This document shows, one piece after another, positions 56,849 to 64,000 of a stretch of 64,000 bases of DNA. The DNA lies in the NCBI GenBank assembly GCA_963693365.1, contig CAVNZM010000001.1, forward strand, positions 14,184,418 through 14,248,417, in the 5' to 3' direction. The notes beneath the pieces were generated by a model. That model had not been told where the DNA came from and made no database searches. It worked only from the letters and a program-made list of their open reading frames with translations. The stretch is from Amoebidium appalachense (taxonomy: Eukaryota; Protista; Ichthyosporea). The position numbers were made by a program, and so were the translations under genes. How positions within the stretch are numbered: the stretch's first letter is position 1; each line of letters opens with the position of its first letter.

Positions 56849-59747
56849 TGTACACACGCACACAATCCCCCTCCCCTCCCCTTCTGCACAAGCACATGCA
56901 CACACACGAAAAAAGAAAAAAAGAAAAAAAGAAGTTAGAAATTAGGCCGAAGGTTCAATGCAGGAAGTGGTGTGGATCTCAAGCTAATAAATTTTTTAAC
57001 AAGGCCCACCCACATATTCCCAGTAATATGGCACATCATATTAAACTTGCTGGTGTCTAACATTTTCTATTTCACAGGCCATGATGGAGTCAGTTTGTCG
57101 TCGCCACAAAAGTGAACGCCCCCTTTTTGGTGAAGTTTGGTTAGTTGACAGGCTCGCAATTACGCCAACAATAAATTCGACCGTTTCTTTCCCCGACAAC
57201 CTCCCAACCCCGCACGTTATCCTCGGAGAGGCCCCACGCATCGGCATGCTTGGGAGACAAGGGTATTTCATTGACCATTTTGCGTTTTTATTAACGGCAT
57301 ATGAGAATAGTAGCGAGTTGATCACACGCACCGCGGTCGACTATTTCACGACAGAACTAGTTACGGATTCAAAGTGGCTGGGCCTTCCGTACACGGCGGA
57401 GGCGAGGGTGATTCTTTTCAACCAGACGGAGATAGACGAGTTTATGGGGGAGGGTAACAAGAACTACCCGGCCGGCGCCTTTTCATATTATGACGACCGC
57501 TATGGCCTAGCAATGGACAGAATCACTTATAACCTCTACACGAACTACACTTGGTATCACATGTTTGAGTTCCTCGACCCCATGAGCGGTAAATACAACA
57601 ACAGGCCGTTCGTTTTGGAGCCCTCATACAATGAAGAACAACACCTTATTGTGTCTCTTGGGAGGTGGGGGATGGGTAGAATCCTGCAGGAGGACGGCGG
57701 GAGGATAAAATGCGCAATGCAGTCCGAGAGATTTCGACACGGGCTAAAGAAATTCATCCCGCACATCAAGCAAAGGTTAAACGTGGATTTGGTGGTGCCT
57801 AAACCAAACACCAACCCCCAGTGGGACGCGTGGAGGGCAAAATGGCCAAATACCGACCCACTTCAGGACATTCCTTTCGCATTTCACCAAATTCCAGAAA
57901 ACGAACTTCCGCCCAAGGCGCTTACGTGGTTAAGCAGAGAGCTGGACGGGAGAGACGATCCATGGGGAGGAAAGATCAAAACTGCGCTTCAACCCGGCGA
58001 GCCGGTTTTTGCCGGATCGGCGCTGGCAATCACAAACACGAACGAGACCAACCCGCATACAGCATGGGAGTATCTTTCCATGTTAGTTGATGTCTATGAT
58101 CACACGTACATTTACGAGTCGTCCTTTAAGATGATGAGCGTCCCCGGGTACGCGCGCGGCCACGAGACCGGAGCGGTGGGCGGCAACGAAGCCGTAAGAA
58201 TCGCGGCTCTTAAAGCAAAGCCGTTGTACTATCCCTACACCCCAGGTGGGTGGGAGGTTTTGGAGCAACTTCTTCTCATATCCGACCGTAAGATCTTTCG
58301 CACCATGTTCCTTGAGATGGTTGTTATGTCAAATACGACGGATAACACAGCGCAGAACGAGTGGGATAGAATTGTTGACAAGGCGACCGACCGTGCGTGC
58401 AGTGCGATTAATCAGTTGTTGATGCCCGCGTGCACGTGGGACCACATCGACACGATCTATTCGACCACATGCGATGCGCAAGGTACCGTGGACGTGAGCT
58501 TTTCGTGGAAGGTAGACAATATCACAAACGGAAAGATGTGCCGCAACACCCGCAACTCGGTTACGCTTCCCCCACCCCAATCGGTCGACTGCGCATACGT
58601 CGCCGTCCAATCAACTCCGTCGCTTGTGATTCTGGTATGCACGTCCGTCGCGCTCATGTACACCCTCGTTATCGGTGTGGTGACCGTAATTTACAGAGAT
58701 CGCCGGCAGATTAGGAGCGCGTCACTCCCCTATTGTCTCTTCATTCTCCTCGGGTGCCTGCTTCAACTCGCCAGCAACCTTCTATTTTTGGGCAAGCCAG
58801 CTAGCGCTTCATTGGCTACCGCCACCTGCATGCTGTTTTTGGGTTTAGGCCTCGTGTACGCCTCCCTGGCCGTTAAACTATATCGGATCGGTGCAATCTT
58901 CCGATCGTCATCCTCAAAGCTTTTAAACATGAAGCTAACCGACACCAGGCTTCTCATTCCGTTTGGGTTTGCGCTTCTAATCGAAATTCTACTTCTAATT
59001 TTCCACATTGTATTCGAACCAATTGCCCCTGTCAACGGCGCAACAGTTATTTTCCCGCAGGGGACGAGCGGCACCGCGCACGAGATAACCGTTGTTATGG
59101 CAAATATCGCCCAAAGTATCCCTACGACGCTCGTAATTCTATATTTCTACAACGTGTTGATTCTTGGCGCAAACTGCTATATGTCATTCGGAATTCGCCA
59201 CGTTCCCTCGTGTTTTCAGGAAAGCAAGTTCATTTTCGCAGCCGCCGTGCAAAACGCCGCAGTGGCAGTGGTGGTCGTCCCGATGGTGTTTATCCTCGAC
59301 AACTTGGTGCACAAGTTCGTTATGTGGGCCGCAACAACCGTATTTTCCGTCGTATTTTTCGTTTCCGTATTTTTCCTTCCGAAACTTCTCGCCGCGGCCG
59401 GGATAATCACCGGGGGCACGCGCTCCTCTTCTACCACTGGTGGGAAGGGGGATTCTTCGTCGACCGAAAAACGAAAATCCGACACTACAAAAACCCCAGA
59501 AAGCGAGCAGCTGCAGCAAGCGTTGGCGGAGTTAAGGGAGGCAACGAAACGGGAACAGGAACTTAAGGAGAGATTAGCGCGTTTACGGAGTATGTACGGT
59601 GTTAGCAATTTGTCGGGGCCTACCAGTGGCTCTCCGAATTTGGCTGTGCCTGGTGCGGGGGGTGGGCAGGGAGGGGTTAATGCGGTTGGTAACAGCAGCG
59701 AGAAAATTGAACTTGCAAATAGCTCGATTGCTATACTGCCAAACTAG
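55997..59747 (+). CDS. Class C (7tm_3, GABA-B-like) GPCR with a solute-binding-protein-like ectodomain and C-terminal coiled coil (~1046 aa, 2 exons)
   Basis: Exon 1 is 55997-56467 (signal-like YFVLFSLFILHAG; donor GTACAT). Exon 2 is 57078-59747 (after TTCACAG, phase 0). Seven hydrophobic segments with class C motifs IRSAS, VKLYRIGAIF, HVPSCFQESKFI and FLPKL. Coiled coil EQLQQALAELREATKREQELKERLARLR. Confidence 0.9.
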
Positions 59748-60592
59748 AGGGCACCGGTGGGTTGAAGTGAAAATTTGGGGTGTAGGTGGTGTTTAGATAG
59801 TTTTTTTTTTTATTTTTTATTTTTTATTTTTTTTTGGTTTGGTTTTTACCTGTTTCATATTCATAATGCCGTCTTCCATATACATAAGAAATGCTCTAGC
59901 GTGTCTGGCAACGGATCGATACAGCTGAAAATTATGCTATTAGTTTCCTGCCTGCGTGAAGTAGCCAGATATGCCTTTTTTATACTTGTTCATATTTTAA
60001 AAATTAGCTCGGCCCCTTGCGTGAGGCAGAGTGGGTCCGTAGCCCCGGAATCGTTTAAGGTGGTTTCTGATCTGAGCAAGGTGTGGGAGATTGCTTAGTA
60101 AAAAAAGAAAACACTCAAGACTGGTTCGAGCAATCCCACTGAAGGGATGGAAGCAGAGGAGTTAATTGTGGAGTTTAAATTCGGTTAGTAGTTGCTCTAA
60201 GTGTTTTGGGTGATTTTGCGATAGTGTATATCGCCGAATCAGGTGCTTAGCTTAGGTACCAATATACGATGTGGGCATTCCGGCCCTTAACAACACCAAT
60301 GGCCTCACTCCGGCAGTGCTAGCAACCCTTTCCCCCCCCCCCCCCCCCCCCCGTTCCCACCTTTGCCCCCCTCCCCTCCCCCCCTCCCCTCCCCTCCCCC
60401 CCCCCCCCCCCCACCCGGCCTCCCTCCGTACACTCTCCCCCCCTCTAACTACTCGCCCTCTTCCTCCTCCCCGCCCCCCTTCCCCCCCCCCCCCCCCCCC
60501 CCCGGGGCCCACCTACACGCCAGCCCGCCTGCACGCCCCCAACACACAAACAAAAACACACACACACACATACACACCGACACACGTGCGGT

Positions 60593-60710
<118 letters not shown>

Positions 60711-60950
60711 ACACAAACACAAAGCCCTTGCAGAGGGGTGAACTCCAGTTGATCAGAAGAAATTCAACATGTTATTCGACATTTTTTCACTGGAAATTAT
60801 CAGAAGTGGGAACTGGACTGTTCAGGAACAGGGTATGTTCGAATGTATTTGATCTTCTTGCCCCTCCCCCCCCCCCCCCCCCCCCACCCCAACCTCTCCC
60901 CCTCTTCCTCCCCCCCCCCCCTTTCTTCTCCCAATTATCCAGGGGACACC

Positions 60951-61003
<53 letters not shown>

Positions 61004-62385
61004 AAGAAAACAAGAGAGGGGGAAAAAGGTTAAGGGAAAAAAAGAGCCTTTTTTCCTCAGGGGATTGGGATCCGTCTCCCACAAGCTCACCAAAGAGCAT
61101 GCATCAACCAGTAATGGAATCTGTACATTTAGATGTTTGTGTGCATTTTGGGCATCAGTCAGCAATCTACTGGAAAGAGGGGAAGGGTATGGAAGAGGTG
61201 GAGTACCAGGTGTGTGTGTGTGTGTGTGTGTTTGTGTGTGGGACTGGGAACGGAGGGGAGCGGGGAGAGGGACCCTGAGTGTTACATTGTACCTGTGGCT
61301 CCCCCCTTCCCCCTCTCCCCCCTCCCCTCCCCCCCCCCCCCCCCCTTCCCCCATCAAGTCCGGTATACCCACCGCTCTCCCCGCCCCACCTTTGTTCAAA
61401 ACTGCTACCATATACACTACCTCACTCCCTGACGGACACTGGGACGGTGGGTGGGTGCGTGGGGTTGGGGTGGTGGCGAAGGGGGGAGGGGGGGGCGGGG
61501 GGGCACAGGGGGGAGGGGATGGGAGGGGAGAGCTGGGGGAGGGGCCCAGGACGGAAGGGGGAAGGGATGGAGGGGGGGGAGGACATCCCTCTTTTATACA
61601 ACATGACCCCCCGTCGATTCATCCCCCCTGCCCCCCCACCCCCCAAACCCCTCCCCCCCTTCCCCCCCTCCCCCCCCCCACACCCTGTCGCCCCCTCCCC
61701 CTCCCCCCTCCCCCCCCCCCAAAAAAAAATCCCCACCCCCAACCAACACCCCCCTTCCCCCCCCTCCCATATGCATGCAGATCTGGTGGATCCACCTCTC
61801 ACCCTCTCCCTCCGCCCCCCTCCTCCCCTCCCCCTACCCTTCTCCCCTTCCCCCCACCCTCCCCCACCCCACCTTCCTCATTCTCCTTACAACCATTCCT
61901 CCTTCCCCTGGCCTTTTCTTTAACTACTGCACACTTGGGCATCTCTACCTACCCATCTTAACATAGTGCATGGCCTAAATTCTCTAAAGAAAATAGTACC
62001 GCACACGCGCGCACACACGGGATAATAGGAGAATGCACCCACATAAAGCCACCCATGCACATGAAACTGCCATACAGGCCGAGCCAGTTCATCCTTACTC
62101 ACCCACACAGAAGCACCCATTGCACTTCTCCTGACATCTTTCCTTTACACCGCTGTTGAATGCCTAAAGATATCTTCAACACATGCCATCATCAAACCCT
62201 CCGAAATATGATATTCGAGCTCCCCCGCTCCCATCCCCCCCCCCCCCCCCCCCCCCCCCTCATTCCCCTCACTCCCTTCCCCCCTCACTTTGACATTTCC
62301 TATTCCATCCCCCCGCCCCCCCCCCCCCCCCCCCCCACCCCCATCCTTTTCTTTCTTGAGGAATCGGCCAATACCTCCACCAAAT

Positions 62386-62422
<37 letters not shown>

Positions 62423-63830
62423 CCCCCCCCTCCCTCCCCCCTCTCCCCCTCTCAACCCCCATCACACGCGCACGTACACACACACGCACAATACACTCTA
62501 TCACAAGCACATACCTACGCACACACACACACACACACAAATGCACGCGCCCCAACCCCCCCCCCCCCCTCCTTCCCTCCCCCCCCCTCCCCTTCTCCCC
62601 CCCCCCCCCCCCCCCGCCCGCCCAAAACACTATCTTGTCATTGATTACACCTACCGTGACCTCACAAAAAGGTTTAAACCCCCAAGGAGTGGTCCTCTCT
62701 GCTCCCCCCCCCCCCCCTCCCTCCCTCTCCATTCCCCCCATCTCCTCCCCTCTCCTCCCTCCCTAATCCCCCCTCCCCTCCCCCCACCCCCTCCCCCCCC
62801 CCCCCCCCCCCCCCCACCCACCCCACCCCACCCCCCCCCCCCCCCCCCCCCTCCCTGGCCCCCTCACCACCACCCCCTCTCCCCCGTCATCCTCCTCCAT
62901 ATGTGCCCATATATTGTGCATAGGTGCACAGCCGGTTTCATTGTTATGCCGCACAAACAGTACGCTGTGCCTTTTGTTTTCTTTCTTCACATACGCCATA
63001 GGTTGCTCCCCCCCCCCCCCCCCTCCCCCCCTCCCTCCCCTCCGCCCGCGCACCCCCGGGGGGCTGCTGATCCTGTCTGCCCGGTCCCCCATATCCCCCC
63101 GTTTTGGCATATCCACGATTAATTCATTCCTTGTTCGTTCTCCCAGCTTTCTTACATCATCTTTCTTCCAAGCTCTTTCCTGAACTAAGGCCGTCGGCCC
63201 CTGATTCCATCCTAGTTTACCTCGTTTCCTTCCCCATCCCCCCATCCCCCCCCCCCCCCCCCCTCCCCCCCCCCCCCCTCCACACACACCAACCCACCCG
63301 CCCACCCGTCTCCCCCTTCCCCTCCCCCAACAAGTACCTCCCCCTCCCCCCCCCCCACCCCCCATCCCCATGGAGCTCCCCCCCCCCCCCCCCTGCCCCT
63401 CTCCTCTCCGCCTTCCCCCCTCCCCCAGCCCATCCCCCCCTTACAACTCCCACGCATCCCCCCCCCCCCCCCCCCCCCCCCCCCCTTGACCATCTCTGAG
63501 CAGCAGGCAGGTTAGTTTAGGAGTCGCGATCGGTGTAACACTGTGACATTGGAACTTGAAATGATTAATGCACAGCAGAAAGAGACCAGGCAAGACCCAC
63601 ACCTGCAACCCCTTGCGCATACGGGCATACAGAACACCCCACACCGCAACTGGATTTGAGAAGTAATAAGATTTTTTTCGGGGCCCTGAGTGCCAGAAGC
63701 ACTCGGGGAGGAAGCGGGCCGGGAGCATGAATGAGTAAATCTTAGTGTGCGGATGGTGTGCTGGTGATGTTGGTGGTGATCGTTTTTTTTTTCTTTCTTT
63801 TCTTTTTTGTGTGTTTTGTGTGTGTGTGTG

Positions 63831-63872
<42 letters not shown>

Positions 63873-64000
63873 GGGGGGAGGGAAGGAGGGGAGGGGGGGC
63901 CAGGGGCAGAGCCACAGGAGGGCAAGGGGGTGGGGGCGCGGGAGGAGGGGGGGAAGGTGAGGAGAGCGGAAAGTAGACAAAAGTAAGGTGGACAGCTGTT

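Noticed and set aside
60256-60330. Ankyrin-like NTNGLTPAVLA peptide
   Set aside because: A single short motif running into poly-C with no splice donor; probably chance.

Overview
Eukaryotic genomic DNA, probably from a unicellular opisthokont. That call is an inference from an animal-type cystinosin with a signal peptide and lumenal N-terminal domain, a class C GPCR, and fungal/protist-like LINEs. Introns and intergenic DNA are full of poly-G/poly-C, (CA)n/(GT)n and (GA)n tracts, so most ORFs in the supplied track are artefacts. Genes I could support, with exons rebuilt by eye from GT-AG sites: the 5' part of a glucose-6-phosphate/aldose 1-epimerase; a disrupted secreted precursor with dibasic-flanked Tyr/Asp-rich repeats; an atypical Rho-like probable pseudo-GTPase; a secreted Cys/Trp-repeat mucin-like protein; a 7-exon cystinosin; a Ser-rich coiled-coil protein; and a class C GPCR with a bacterial sugar-binding-protein-like ectodomain. 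Mobile DNA: a 5'-truncated RNase H-bearing LINE with a 14-bp TSD, an apparently intact two-ORF APE/RT LINE, a decayed relative of that LINE, and two nested MITE pairs. There is also an orphan 28S rRNA fragment. No CRISPR array or tRNA was seen. Many frameshifts sit in homopolymers and may be assembly errors.
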